Position numbers and translations under genes: made by a program. A DNA stretch of 64,000 nucleotides from Candidatus Corynebacterium faecipullorum (GTDB taxonomy: Bacteria; Actinomycetota; Actinomycetes; Mycobacteriales; Mycobacteriaceae): the NCBI GenBank assembly GCA_019114925.1, contig DXEO01000114.1, forward strand, positions 192 to 64,191, in the 5' to 3' direction. Shown piece after piece: positions 38,581-48,747 of this stretch (the first letter of the stretch is position 1; every line of letters starts with the position of its first letter). The notes under the pieces were generated by a model. The model had not been told where the DNA came from, ran no database searches, and saw only the letters and a list, made by a program, of their open reading frames with translations.

Positions 38581-39419
38581 GCAAGATCTTCCGCGTAACC
38601 TTGTGGGTCTTCATCGGTGTCTGTCTACCCGCGGCGCTCATCAATCTGTTGGGCTTCTTTCTCGTTGCCCCGCTCCCGAGCCTGATAAACCTGCTCATCG
38701 GCCTAGCCTTCCTAGCACTAGCCCTATACCTGTGGCATCTCAGCCCGATGTGGGCAGCACCGGCCAAGGGCTGGGCCACAGCCAGCGTGCTGTGGGGAGC
38801 CGGTACCGCAGTATCTTTAGCTCTCCTCTCGGCCCTGCCTTTCACCTCCCTCACCAAAGGCGTGGGCTGGGAGGAATCCATGATGTCCTGGTCCGGTGCT
38901 TATCCAGAGGAATTCGCCAAGGCGCTGGGCGTGATCTTTGTGTTACTCAGCTTCCGCCAACTCAACCGACCCTGGCACGGCTTTCTCGTTGGCGCACTCA
39001 TAGGTTGGGCTTTCGATGTCTTTGAAAACGTCCTTTACGCCTCTCTCGGTGCCGTGATGCACCCGACCTCTGATTGGATTGGCATGCTGCAGATGTGGGG
39101 GCTCCGCCTCGTGGCGGGACCAGGCCTGCACATGTCACTGACGGCCATTGCGGGCTTCGGCATCGGTTGGGCCATTTACGCTGCCCATAAAACCTGGTGG
39201 TGGCGTCTCGGCATAGGTGCGGGCGCGCTCTTTGTTTCCTTCTGTCTCCACTTCGCGTGGAACTACATGTGGGATGAAACGTGGCAGCTGGTCACGCAGT
39301 ATATCGTCGTCGCACTTATCCTCTACCCCACCGTCATCACCCTCGGGATTCGGGCCCACCGTCTGGCCAAGTCGGACGATACCTACTCGCACTCGCCCGG
39401 CCTGAACAGCCTGCGGTGA
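38577..39419 (+). CDS. PrsW family intramembrane protease
   Basis: EEFAK, FDVFEN, two conserved His (GLH, LHFAWN), multi-TM. Confidence 0.88.
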   Translation: MSKIFRVTLWVFIGVCLPAALINLLGFFLVAPLPSLINLLIGLAFLALALYLWHLSPMWAAPAKGWATASVLWGAGTAVSLALLSALPFTSLTKGVGWEESMMSWSGAYPEEFAKALGVIFVLLSFRQLNRPWHGFLVGALIGWAFDVFENVLYASLGAVMHPTSDWIGMLQMWGLRLVAGPGLHMSLTAIAGFGIGWAIYAAHKTWWWRLGIGAGALFVSFCLHFAWNYMWDETWQLVTQYIVVALILYPTVITLGIRAHRLAKSDDTYSHSPGLNSLR

Positions 39420-39451
39420 TTTAGTCGAGGTGCCCCTGCACGGTATTTTCC

Positions 39452-39711
39452 TTACCTTCCACAATGGCTACCCTGGGATGAGCTAGGCACAGCGCGTTTC
39501 AGCTCCGCGCATGCTCTATCGAGCAGGTCCTGTAAGGGCGTCGGCAAGCCTGGCGCCTGTGGTGCAACCTCCACTGCACCGAGAACATCCGCAGTGGGAT
39601 CCTCCGTCAACGTCGTGGGACTTTTCCAGGATAGAAGGTCAGAGCCTGGGCAGAAGGCGCGGTGACGGCCGCCAGGACAAGGCCAACAATAAAGGAGCGG
39701 GACTTAAACAC
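39452..39711 (-). pseudogene. disrupted gene for a secreted protein
   Basis: GTG at 39711 gives signal peptide MFKSRSFIVGLVLAAVTAPSAQA-LTF, stop at 39607. Coding-like sequence continues in another frame to TAA at 39452. Confidence 0.55.
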
Positions 39712-39915
39712 TTGTATAGGTTGACTCAAGTCACAGCTTTCACAGTCCTGATTGGAGATTTGGCACCCTAAACTCCACCGGAAATCTCGAATATTCGTTT
39801 TATCCGGCGCTCATAGCACGGAAGGCCTGGAACATCAGGTTTCCCATTTACCCCTTTAATAACAACTTCTTTCCGCGGTATGGACTTCCCCAGAGATGCC
39901 GAATAAGCTCTTATT

Positions 39916-39931
39916 TCGAAAGGGTTTTCGA
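39916..39931. promoter_or_regulatory. LexA/SOS box candidate
   Basis: TCGAAAGGGTTTTCGA has two mismatches to the corynebacterial consensus TCGAA(A/C)ANNTGTTCGA, 52 bp before the HNH gene. Confidence 0.65.
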
Positions 39932-39983
39932 ACGGTGGGGGTTCGTCCCTTCTCAGTAACTCGACCATCAGTAGGGGGTTGAA

Positions 39984-41261
39984 GTGTCTTCCACTTCAGA
40001 CGTTGTTGTTTCCTATTTTTCTCATTCCAATCCGAACGACCCAGTATGTATGAAAGGCAAGGACATACGCCAAGCGGACTACGAGTTCTGGTCTAGCGTC
40101 CTTCCCGCCTTGGACGAAGACTCAGACACAGCATGCATGCGCCTTGGGCTTAAGACCGGCAAAGCGGCCGGGGCAGTTGCTCGCATAGTCATGGGGATTT
40201 ACCGCCTGAGAGAACTCCCCCAGCTCAAAGCCCTGCAAGATGCTTATTATTTGCTCGACTTACCTGCCTTGATTGCCATTGACCAGGTCATGGCTAAGCT
40301 GGGCCAGCCTTCCCCAGAGGTAGTGGCTGCCATCGATACTTCGTTGGCCCGTTGGTTTACTCCTACGAAGCCCAATCAGGCGTTTCCCACCACCTCGCAG
40401 ATTCGCCGCCGGATGCGTGATCTTATCAAGGTTCATGATGACTCCATCGCGGTGGAAGATACACGCCCGAAGAACCGGTATTCCATACTCACCCGCGCCC
40501 AGCGCGCCACCATCGAACTAGAGGTTGACAGCAGTGTCGGGGTCATTATTCATGAGGCTGTTAAGGCAGCGGCCGAAAAGCATGAGGTGTCGATGGCCGA
40601 AGCACTCATCCTTCTCGTCACTGGGAAAGTGGAGCCAGAAGCAGCCCGCGTAGTACTCCACGCTTATCAAGCTAGTGATGTCGAGGATGCGCCAGTATAT
40701 GTAGAAGGTCATGGCTGGCAGCTAGGCAATATCCCCGCGCAGGCCGTAACAAAAAGGGATTTGAGCACCAAGCCGGAAGCTTCTCAAAGCTACGGACCAA
40801 GCACGATGGTGCGCAAATACGTTGAGGGCCGCGATGGCACCTGTCGTGCAGCTGGTTGCGGAATGCCTGCGTGGCTGTGTCAGTTGGACCACCGTATTAA
40901 CTACGCCGATGGCGGGCCAACGCACCCAGACAACATGGTCGCGTTATGCCAACATCACCACAACATGAAGACCGACGGACGAGCTTTTTATCTTCTGGAC
41001 CCGGATACTGGGGATGTGGTCTGGCTTTTCGAGGATGGGACCTGGGCAATCACCGAACCTTCCGGCCCACTAGCCCCTAAGAACAAACGCTGGGCGCGAA
41101 GTATGGCACAAGATATTGAGGGCTTCCGCACCCGGAAACACCGTGAGGCCCAAGAACTTAAAACTGAGCTAGACAAAGAACAAAAAGAAGCCGCACACCA
41201 CGCACATACAGAAAAGACAGAGAACAAGGAATCTGAAGGCGGAGAGGAGATCCCCTTCTAA
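39984..41261 (+). CDS. HNH endonuclease-domain protein (DUF222/13E12-like)
   Basis: RDGTCRAAGC...DH...GGPTHPDNMVALCQHHHNMKT. Appears more AT-rich than neighbours. Confidence 0.88.
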   Translation: MSSTSDVVVSYFSHSNPNDPVCMKGKDIRQADYEFWSSVLPALDEDSDTACMRLGLKTGKAAGAVARIVMGIYRLRELPQLKALQDAYYLLDLPALIAIDQVMAKLGQPSPEVVAAIDTSLARWFTPTKPNQAFPTTSQIRRRMRDLIKVHDDSIAVEDTRPKNRYSILTRAQRATIELEVDSSVGVIIHEAVKAAAEKHEVSMAEALILLVTGKVEPEAARVVLHAYQASDVEDAPVYVEGHGWQLGNIPAQAVTKRDLSTKPEASQSYGPSTMVRKYVEGRDGTCRAAGCGMPAWLCQLDHRINYADGGPTHPDNMVALCQHHHNMKTDGRAFYLLDPDTGDVVWLFEDGTWAITEPSGPLAPKNKRWARSMAQDIEGFRTRKHREAQELKTELDKEQKEAAHHAHTEKTENKESEGGEEIPF

Positions 41262-41305
41262 GAAAGGTCTGTCGTCTAAAACGACGAACTACAGTGCTAC
41301 TCGGA

Positions 41306-41605
41306 TTATGCGAGATATTTTAAATCCGCCGCATCCAGCCCGCACTCAGCAAGAACCACGCGCTCGCCGCGGTGCGGAATACCTTCTGCATCCCAATGGA
41401 CGTGGGCGGCCGAGGTGTGGGCGCGGCCAGTGCTGTTGACCACCCGCCACCAGGGCAGGTCGGCGCTTTTCGACATCACCCAGCCCACATACCGCGCGCC
41501 AACCCCCACTACTTTGGCGATTTCTCCGTAGGTGGAGACATTGCCAGCTGGAATGCGGAGAACGACCTCCGTAACCTTAGAGCTCGATGGGTTCTTCGGG
41601 GGCAT
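41306..41605 (-). CDS. alkyltransferase-like (ATL/MGMT family) protein
   Basis: IPAGNVSTYGEIA, ARYVG, PWWRVV (Trp replaces catalytic Cys). Start uncertain. Confidence 0.85.
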   Translation of the reverse strand: MPPKNPSSSKVTEVVLRIPAGNVSTYGEIAKVVGVGARYVGWVMSKSADLPWWRVVNSTGRAHTSAAHVHWDAEGIPHRGERVVLAECGLDAADLKYLA

Positions 41606-42281
41606 CCTCAACCTCACACAAGGTGAGCGCCGCACCCGTGGAATCCTCAATCAGGCACAGGCGGCCGAATGGGGAATCGTGGGGCTCGCGAATGATTTTT
41701 CCGCCGTTACCCACCACAGCCTTCGCTGCTTGATCGATGTCCCGCACGCCCAGGTAGGTTTGCCAGAAACTCGGCAAGCCCTCAGCGTGCCAAAATCCAG
41801 CAAAGGCAGCGCCTTCTTCCTCTGCAACCGCGTAGTGCTCATCCCCACGGATTTCCCAGTCGAAGAGCTCACCATAAAAGTCCAGTGCTGCGTGAAAATT
41901 CTCGGAGACCGTCAGCTCATGCCACACCGGAGTACCTGGCTCGCCGCCGGCGACGAAGCGGTCAAGCTCCGGCTGCATCAAACCAAACATGGCACCGGAA
42001 TTGTCTTGAACGAGCGCCAGCGGAGCGCCTAAAGCAAGAATCTTGCCACCGAGTTGTTCTACCCTGGCGCAGTCGGCTTCCAAGTCGCGGGAGAGGAAGT
42101 AGGTAGCCCAGGTGTCTTGGCCAGGAACAATTTCGGCAATCGGCAGGCCCTCCAGGCGGGCAATGCCGTCTTCGAATTCCCAGCCCAGCACAGCGGAATA
42201 AAACTTTTCGGAAGCCTTCACATCGGAGCTGGCCAGAGTAATCCAGTAGGGCATTCCTACTTCTGCTTCAAAGGCGGGCAT
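41577..42281 (-). CDS. VOC/glyoxalase family protein (two domains)
   Basis: FYSAVLGW / FYGELFDW repeats, DSPFGR...DSTGA. Confidence 0.88.
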   Translation of the reverse strand: MPAFEAEVGMPYWITLASSDVKASEKFYSAVLGWEFEDGIARLEGLPIAEIVPGQDTWATYFLSRDLEADCARVEQLGGKILALGAPLALVQDNSGAMFGLMQPELDRFVAGGEPGTPVWHELTVSENFHAALDFYGELFDWEIRGDEHYAVAEEEGAAFAGFWHAEGLPSFWQTYLGVRDIDQAAKAVVGNGGKIIREPHDSPFGRLCLIEDSTGAALTLCEVEDAPEEPIEL

Positions 42282-42559
42282 TAAAGGTTCCTCCACTTCT
42301 CGGGGTCAAAGTCATCATCCGCGGTGGCCTCATCGAAATAATCGTCGTCGTCTTCGACGACGCGGGCGCAGGTGTCGGAGACACAGATGACGTCGCCAAG
42401 CGCGAGCGTTGCACCGCGCTGCTTAGTGACTTCCCCATTGACGGTGACCTGGCCCTGCTCGATGAGTTCTTTGGCCTCACCCCCGGTGGCGACCAAGGAG
42501 GCCAGTTTGAGGAACTGGCCGAGCTTGATGGATTCTCCCTTAATTGAGACTTCTAGCAT
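42281..42559 (-). CDS. S4 domain RNA-binding protein (YaaA/YbcJ-like)
   Basis: IKLGQFLKLA...TGGEAK...VNGE...RG. Confidence 0.9.
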   Translation of the reverse strand: MLEVSIKGESIKLGQFLKLASLVATGGEAKELIEQGQVTVNGEVTKQRGATLALGDVICVSDTCARVVEDDDDYFDEATADDDFDPEKWRNL

Positions 42560-42668
42560 GCTGACCAGCATACCGAGCCGCCACCGCAATGAAAGAGCAA
42601 GGGCCCTGCTCATCGGACCCTGAAATATTTAACGGCGCGGATCAACGGTCCCACACGAACCCACAAGC

Positions 42669-42708
42669 AAAAAGCGCCGCGCTGCCAAAAAATGGCAAGC
42701 GCAGCGCT
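42669..42708 (-). terminator. intrinsic terminator of betA
   Basis: Minus-strand hairpin AGCGCTGCGCTTGCCA / TGGCAGCGCGGCGCT followed by a T-run. Confidence 0.7.
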
Positions 42709-42726
42709 CCAGCAGAAAAGCGGATG

Positions 42727-44502
42727 CTAGTGATCAGCCCCGGCGATAGCGTGCTTGTGATCGCGAACCGCCTCACCCTCAGCGTAAAGCGGCATGTCCT
42801 GCTTAGCCTTGTACCACTCAGCATAATTTGGCTCAAGCGGCGTACGACCAGCGATAAGATCAGCAGCTTTCTCACCCACCATCATGGTCGGGGCATAAAT
42901 ATTACCGTTCGTAACAGACGGGAAGACGGAGGCATCAGCAACATAGAGCCCTTCAACGCCCCACACGCCCATGGTGTCCGGGTTGACCACGGCCATCGGA
43001 TCCGACTCCGCGCCCATCTTAGCTGTGCAAGACGGGTGCAGCGCGGTTTCGCCATCGTTACGGACCCACTCCAAGATTTCTTCATCAGTCTGAACGTCTG
43101 GGCCCGGGCTGAACTCGCGGGCACCGACCTCTTCCATAGCCTTAGTGTCCAGCAGGGAGCGGGCAACGCGCACGGCCTCGACCCACTCGCGGCGGTCCTG
43201 GTCAGTCTTCAGGTAGTTGAAGAGGATAGACGGCTTCTCGTGGATATCGGCGCTCTTAATGTGAACATGGCCCTTAGTATCGGAGAACATCGGGCCCACA
43301 TGCCACTGGAAACCGTGCTTCACATCCGCCTTCTGACCGTCGTAACGCACGGCCATGGGCAGGAAGTGGAACATAAGGTTCGGATAATCCTCATCCTCGT
43401 TGGAACGCACGAAGCCACCAGCTTCGAAATGGGAGGTGGCAACAGGCCCCTTCTTGTTCAGCAGCCACTGCAAGCCCATGAACGGCCAGCGCCACTTGTC
43501 CAGGTACGGCTGGGAAGACGCCGTGGACTTGGTGGTTTCGTACTGGATGTAGACCTCAAGGTGGTCCTGCAGGTTCTCTCCCACACCAGGCAAATGCTTG
43601 ACGACGTCGATGCCGTGCTTCTCCAGAAGCTCACGGTCACCAATGCCGGAGACCTCAAGCAGTTGCGGGGTATTGATAGCGCCGGCAGAAAGAACAACCT
43701 TCTCGGCGTATACACGGTGGACGCCGCCTTGCCACTCGTACTCGACACCAACGGCCTTCTGCCCCTCGAAGAGCACCTTGGTGGTGAAAGCTCGGGTGCG
43801 GATCTCCAAGTTTTCGCGCTTCTTATTCGGATAAAGGTAGGCACGGGCAGCCGACCAGCGCTTGCCGTTCTTAATATTGCGGTCGAAGGGCGCGAAGCCC
43901 TCTTGGCGGTAGCCATTGACGTCGTTGGTCAGGTTATAGCCAGCTTCTTGAACAGACTTGAACAATGCTTGGAAGAGTTCAGAAGTAGCCGGACCGCGGG
44001 AGAGGTAAAGCGGGCCTTCATGACCGCGCCGTGGATCATTCGGCTCAGCCGCAGCGGCAGTCTCCATGCGATTGAAGTACGGCAAGCAGTGGGCGAAGTC
44101 CCACTTCTCCATGCCCGGGTTCATACCCCATTTTTCGTAGTCCATGGGGTTACCGCGCTGGAAAATCATGCCGTTGATGGAGGAAGAACCACCGAGGACC
44201 TTTCCGCGAGCGTGGTAAACGCGACGGCCATTCATCTCCGGTTCGGGATCAGACTCATACATCCAGTCGTAATTCTTCGCGCCAATCGGGAAAGAGAAGG
44301 CGGAGGGCATATGGATGAAAAGGTCCCAGAGGGAATCCGGGCGGCCTGCCTCAAGGACCAGCACGCGGGTGTCTTTATCCTCGGTCAGGCGCGCAGCGAT
44401 GACGGAGCCTGCAGAGCCGCCACCAACAACAACCACGTCACAAACTTCATCGGTGACCTTCTTCGCAGAACGCTTCTTGGTCAGCTTGTTCAAGATACCC
44501 AT
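42727..44502 (-). CDS. betA: choline dehydrogenase
   Basis: [36 protein letters not shown]. Confidence 0.94.
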   Translation of the reverse strand: MGILNKLTKKRSAKKVTDEVCDVVVVGGGSAGSVIAARLTEDKDTRVLVLEAGRPDSLWDLFIHMPSAFSFPIGAKNYDWMYESDPEPEMNGRRVYHARGKVLGGSSSINGMIFQRGNPMDYEKWGMNPGMEKWDFAHCLPYFNRMETAAAAEPNDPRRGHEGPLYLSRGPATSELFQALFKSVQEAGYNLTNDVNGYRQEGFAPFDRNIKNGKRWSAARAYLYPNKKRENLEIRTRAFTTKVLFEGQKAVGVEYEWQGGVHRVYAEKVVLSAGAINTPQLLEVSGIGDRELLEKHGIDVVKHLPGVGENLQDHLEVYIQYETTKSTASSQPYLDKWRWPFMGLQWLLNKKGPVATSHFEAGGFVRSNEDEDYPNLMFHFLPMAVRYDGQKADVKHGFQWHVGPMFSDTKGHVHIKSADIHEKPSILFNYLKTDQDRREWVEAVRVARSLLDTKAMEEVGAREFSPGPDVQTDEEILEWVRNDGETALHPSCTAKMGAESDPMAVVNPDTMGVWGVEGLYVADASVFPSVTNGNIYAPTMMVGEKAADLIAGRTPLEPNYAEWYKAKQDMPLYAEGEAVRDHKHAIAGADH

Positions 44503-44833
44503 AAATCCCCTTCTTTCCGTGATTCGTATCGCATTTCCGTGCCACGCTCCGCGAGTGGATCAACTGTAATTTATACAGCGATCTGCAATTATTCACCTCG
44601 CTTCTTTCGTGGGACCGATCCCCCAGCGTACACATCCGGTGGAGATTTTCCCAGATTACGGTATATTTGCGTTGTTCGGATGGACGTCTGAGGAGATGAA
44701 ATCCGAAGTCTCGACCGCATAGCTACCCAAATATGATTCATTTCACTCATCTATCTCTCAAGGACCTTGAGAGCTATTAAGGGCCCAGCGGCTAAGAGAC
44801 TCGGCATAAATCAACCAACGATAGGAGAAGTAG

Positions 44834-47083
44834 ATGGCTAAGAACGGCCCTCTCGACTCTGGGGAGCCTTCCACGACAGACGAGAGCAACTCTCTCGCCA
44901 CGCAGGCCAGTGGCACCCCCACTCAAAGCACAGAAACCAAACGGCGCCCCCCGCGCTACCAGGTACGAGCCCTCGTCGGCAGCTACAAAGCAGAGACCGG
45001 CGATGACGTAGGTGCGGGTGAAGTCCCTGTACCCAAGACCAACTGGCCGGTATTTGCCATATCGGGCCTACTGATCATCGCCATGGTGCTCTATGCCGGG
45101 TTCGGCCGAGAATCCGCAGCGGAGACTTTGGCCGGCGTAACCGGATGGATTGGAAACAACCTCGGCTGGTTCTACGTACTCACCGCCACCATCGCCGTGG
45201 TCTTTGTCCTGTATGTAGCCCTATCCAAGGCTGGCAACATTCGCCTAGGGCCGGATCACTCACGCCCTAAGTTCAACACCTTTTCCTGGGCGTCCATGCT
45301 CTTTGCCGCCGGCATCGGCGTAGACCTCATGTTCTTCGCCGTCGCGGAACCCGTCACCATGTACATGGCACCACCGGTGGGCGAAGGCGAAACCATGGAG
45401 GCTGCGAAAGAAGCAGTGGTTTACGCTATGTTCCACTACGGCCTGACCGGCTGGGCACTGTACGCGCTGATGGGCATGGCCTTCGGCTACTTTGCTTATC
45501 GTCTGAACATGCCACTGGCCATTCGCTCGGCGCTGTACCCACTCATCGGAAAACGCGTGCACGGCCCCATCGGCTCCGCGGTAGACGTTGCCGCCATGCT
45601 AGGTACCGTCTTCGGTGTCACTGCGTCCCTCGGCATCGGCGTGGTTCAGCTTTCTTACGGCATTCACCTCATTTTCGGCTTCGAGCAGGGATTCGGTCTC
45701 CAGGCCGCGCTCATTATCATCGCCATCACGATTGCGACCCTGTCGGCCGTATCCGGCGTGGATAAAGGCATCCGCTTCCTGTCTGAGCTCAACGTATACC
45801 TAGCCATTGCGCTAATGATCTACATCGTTGTCTTCGGGAAGACCGCCTACCTCTTCGACGCCATCGTGACCAACATCGGTGACTACGTGTCCAAGTTCCC
45901 CTCTTGGACCTTGGAGACCTTCGCCTTTGCCGAAGACCAAGCCAGCACCGATGCCTGGATGCAGTCCTGGACCCTATTTTTCTGGGCCTGGTGGATTGCA
46001 TGGGCAACCTTCGTCGGTCTCTTCCTCGCCCGCATTTCTCGCGGCCGAACCCTGCGTCAGTTCATCTTCGGCACTCTCACCTTCCCCTTCCTGTTCATCT
46101 TGATGTGGATGTCCTTCTTCGGCAACACCGCACTGGACATGGTTCGCTCCGGTGACTACCCCAAGTTCGCAGAAAACGCGATTAATGTTCCCGAGCAGGG
46201 GTTCTACGACATGTTGCAGGAGTTCCCAGCCTCTACCATCGTCATCTTCTTGACCACCTTCATTGGTCTGCTGCTCTACATCACCTCAGCTGACTCCGGT
46301 GCCTTGGTGATGTCTAACTTCACCTCGCGCATTACTGATAACCGGCAGGATGGTTCCCGGTGGCTACGCATCTTCTGGTCTGTCACCGTCGGCGCGCTGA
46401 CCTTGGCCTTGCTGCAGATCGACGGCATCGCGACCGTTCAGTCCGCCACCGTGGTGATGGGTCTGCCCTTTGCGTTCGTGGTGTATCTCATCATGATCTC
46501 GCTGTGGAAGTCCTTGCGTCTAGAAAGCATTCAAGCCGATGCCCGGAGCACCGCACTGCACGGCGTCATCTCTAGTCGCACCGAGCGCGAACCTGCCGAT
46601 TCCAATCGGTGGAAAAACCGCTTGGATCGCGCCAACACCTTCCCTTCTAAGAAAGAGATGGACACCTACCTGCGCGATACCGCTACCTATGCTCTTGAGC
46701 AGGTGGCCACACACATGCGCGCCCGCGGCTACGACGCCATCTTGCTCACCAGCGAGCTTCCCGACGTCGAACTGCCACAGCTTGATCTCGAGGTTCGCCT
46801 GCACAACGAACGTAAGTTCCGTTACCAGCTCTTCCCAGTCGCTGCCGAGCGGCCAGACTTCATCGAGGGCGGAGAAGACGAGTACTACCGCCTTGAGGTC
46901 TATGACATGACCGGTTCACTGGGGTATGACGTCTACGGCTACTCCGAGAACCAAATCATCAATAACGTCCTAGATCTCTACGAGCGTCACCTGGCGTTTC
47001 TCTACATGCAGCAGACTCAACCTGGCGAATCCGATGTCTCCGATGGCGCCGAGCCTGAGCGCACATGGCGCGAAGATAGCTAA
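44834..47083 (+). CDS. betT: BCCT family choline transporter
   Basis: SMLFAAGIG, WTLFFWAWWIAW, SRGRT, TSADS, long BetT-type C-terminal domain. AGGAG RBS. Confidence 0.92.
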   Translation: MAKNGPLDSGEPSTTDESNSLATQASGTPTQSTETKRRPPRYQVRALVGSYKAETGDDVGAGEVPVPKTNWPVFAISGLLIIAMVLYAGFGRESAAETLAGVTGWIGNNLGWFYVLTATIAVVFVLYVALSKAGNIRLGPDHSRPKFNTFSWASMLFAAGIGVDLMFFAVAEPVTMYMAPPVGEGETMEAAKEAVVYAMFHYGLTGWALYALMGMAFGYFAYRLNMPLAIRSALYPLIGKRVHGPIGSAVDVAAMLGTVFGVTASLGIGVVQLSYGIHLIFGFEQGFGLQAALIIIAITIATLSAVSGVDKGIRFLSELNVYLAIALMIYIVVFGKTAYLFDAIVTNIGDYVSKFPSWTLETFAFAEDQASTDAWMQSWTLFFWAWWIAWATFVGLFLARISRGRTLRQFIFGTLTFPFLFILMWMSFFGNTALDMVRSGDYPKFAENAINVPEQGFYDMLQEFPASTIVIFLTTFIGLLLYITSADSGALVMSNFTSRITDNRQDGSRWLRIFWSVTVGALTLALLQIDGIATVQSATVVMGLPFAFVVYLIMISLWKSLRLESIQADARSTALHGVISSRTEREPADSNRWKNRLDRANTFPSKKEMDTYLRDTATYALEQVATHMRARGYDAILLTSELPDVELPQLDLEVRLHNERKFRYQLFPVAAERPDFIEGGEDEYYRLEVYDMTGSLGYDVYGYSENQIINNVLDLYERHLAFLYMQQTQPGESDVSDGAEPERTWREDS

Positions 47084-47128
47084 GCTGGCAAATCTATAAG
47101 CCTCTATGAAAGAAAGGTTGCTTTTCAC

Positions 47129-48706
47129 TTGAGCACCCAGAACACATTGTTCGACCCCACCCAGACCGAACTGCTGAAGGGCGTACATGCCGACGGCGCA
47201 CCTAAATCCCTTTTCATTAATGGCCAATGGGAAGCTGCCCAAAACGGCGACACCCGCACCATCATCTGCCCAGCCGACGGCACCACCGTCGGCCTCGTCT
47301 CTGAGGCTTCCGACGAGGACACCGAACGCGCTATCAAGGTAGCCCGTGAAACCTTTGACAAGGGCGAGTGGGCCACTACCCCGGCCGCCGAGCGCGGCAA
47401 GCTGGTCATCCGCGTCGCTGATTTCATCCGCGAGCACAAGGAGCTCTTCGCTCAGGCAGAGTCCGCCGACACCGGCAAACGTTACGAGGAATCCCTGGGC
47501 GATATGGATGACATCGCCAACGCCTTCGAGTTCTTCGGCACCCTGGCCCAGCACCAAGCCGGCCGCGTGGTCGATCCGGGTGACCCCAATATTCGCTCCC
47601 GCATTGATGCGGAGCCGGTTGGCGTTTGCGGTCTCATTACGCCGTGGAACTACCCGCTGCTACAGGTGTCCTGGAAGGTAGCCCCGGCACTGGCTGCTGG
47701 CAATACCTTCGTCCTTAAGCAGGCGGAGCTCACCCCGCATACCGCCATGCTGCTCATGACTGCCCTCAAGGAATGCGGCCTGCCAGACGGTGTCGGCAAC
47801 CTCATCACCGGCGCGGGCGCAAACTGCGGCAACCCGCTATCCAAGCACCCAGACGTAGATATGGTCTCCTTTACCGGTGGCTTAGTCACCGGCAAGATCA
47901 TCGCCAAGAATGCTGCTGAAACTGTCAAACGCACCGCGCTGGAGCTCGGCGGTAAGAACCCGAACGTGATCTTTGCCGATGCCGACTTCGACGTCGCCGT
48001 TGACAACGCCCTCAATGGTGCCTTCTTCCACTCTGGCCAGGTCTGTTCTGCAGGTTCACGCATCATCGTCGAGGAGTCCCTCCACGATAAGTTCGTTAAC
48101 GCGCTCGTAGAGCGTGCCAACAACATCAAGATCGGCGGCCCAACCGATGAGAAGGCCGAGACCGGCCCGCTCATCTCCGCAGATCACCGCGACAAGGTAG
48201 CTGCCTACGTAGACAAGGCACGTGAGCAGGGTGCCAAAATTCTCACCGGAGGCCGCATTGCCACCAGCGAGGACACCGACGGCCAGCACGGCACCGGTAA
48301 TACCGACTTGGGCGCAGGCGTGTACTACTTACCGACCATCATTGATGGTGCAACCCGCGAGATGGACTGTGTCCACGACGAGGCCTTTGGCCCCACCGTG
48401 ACCATCGAGACCTTCACCACCGAGGAGGAGGCCATCGCCATCGCGAATGACACCGAATACGGTCTGGCAGGCGCAGTCTTTACTACCGACGCTGGTCGCG
48501 CCGAGCGCGTTGCTCGCGCCCTGCGCCACGGCACCATCTGGATCAACGACTTCCACCCGTACTTGCCGCAGGCAGAGTGGGGTGGTTACAAGCAGTCCGG
48601 CAACGGCCGCGAGCTTGGTCCCACTGGCCTTGCCGAGTACCAAGAGCACAAGCACGTGTACCAGAACCTATCCCCGGCGGCGTGGGACCAGTTCGGTCTG
48701 CAGTAA
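47129..48706 (+). CDS. betB: betaine-aldehyde dehydrogenase
   Basis: PWNYP, FTGG, LELGGKNP, GQVCSAGS, EAFGP. Context with betA/betT. TTG start with GAAAGG RBS. Confidence 0.9.
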   Translation: MSTQNTLFDPTQTELLKGVHADGAPKSLFINGQWEAAQNGDTRTIICPADGTTVGLVSEASDEDTERAIKVARETFDKGEWATTPAAERGKLVIRVADFIREHKELFAQAESADTGKRYEESLGDMDDIANAFEFFGTLAQHQAGRVVDPGDPNIRSRIDAEPVGVCGLITPWNYPLLQVSWKVAPALAAGNTFVLKQAELTPHTAMLLMTALKECGLPDGVGNLITGAGANCGNPLSKHPDVDMVSFTGGLVTGKIIAKNAAETVKRTALELGGKNPNVIFADADFDVAVDNALNGAFFHSGQVCSAGSRIIVEESLHDKFVNALVERANNIKIGGPTDEKAETGPLISADHRDKVAAYVDKAREQGAKILTGGRIATSEDTDGQHGTGNTDLGAGVYYLPTIIDGATREMDCVHDEAFGPTVTIETFTTEEEAIAIANDTEYGLAGAVFTTDAGRAERVARALRHGTIWINDFHPYLPQAEWGGYKQSGNGRELGPTGLAEYQEHKHVYQNLSPAAWDQFGLQ

Positions 48707-48747
48707 CCGGACGCCGTTGAGGCCCCGCAGGGCCGCACACCGGGGTC

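Noticed and set aside
42589-44691. 700-aa ORF antisense to betA
   Set aside because: Shadow of GC-biased codon usage, no recognisable motifs, and betA is unambiguous on the other strand
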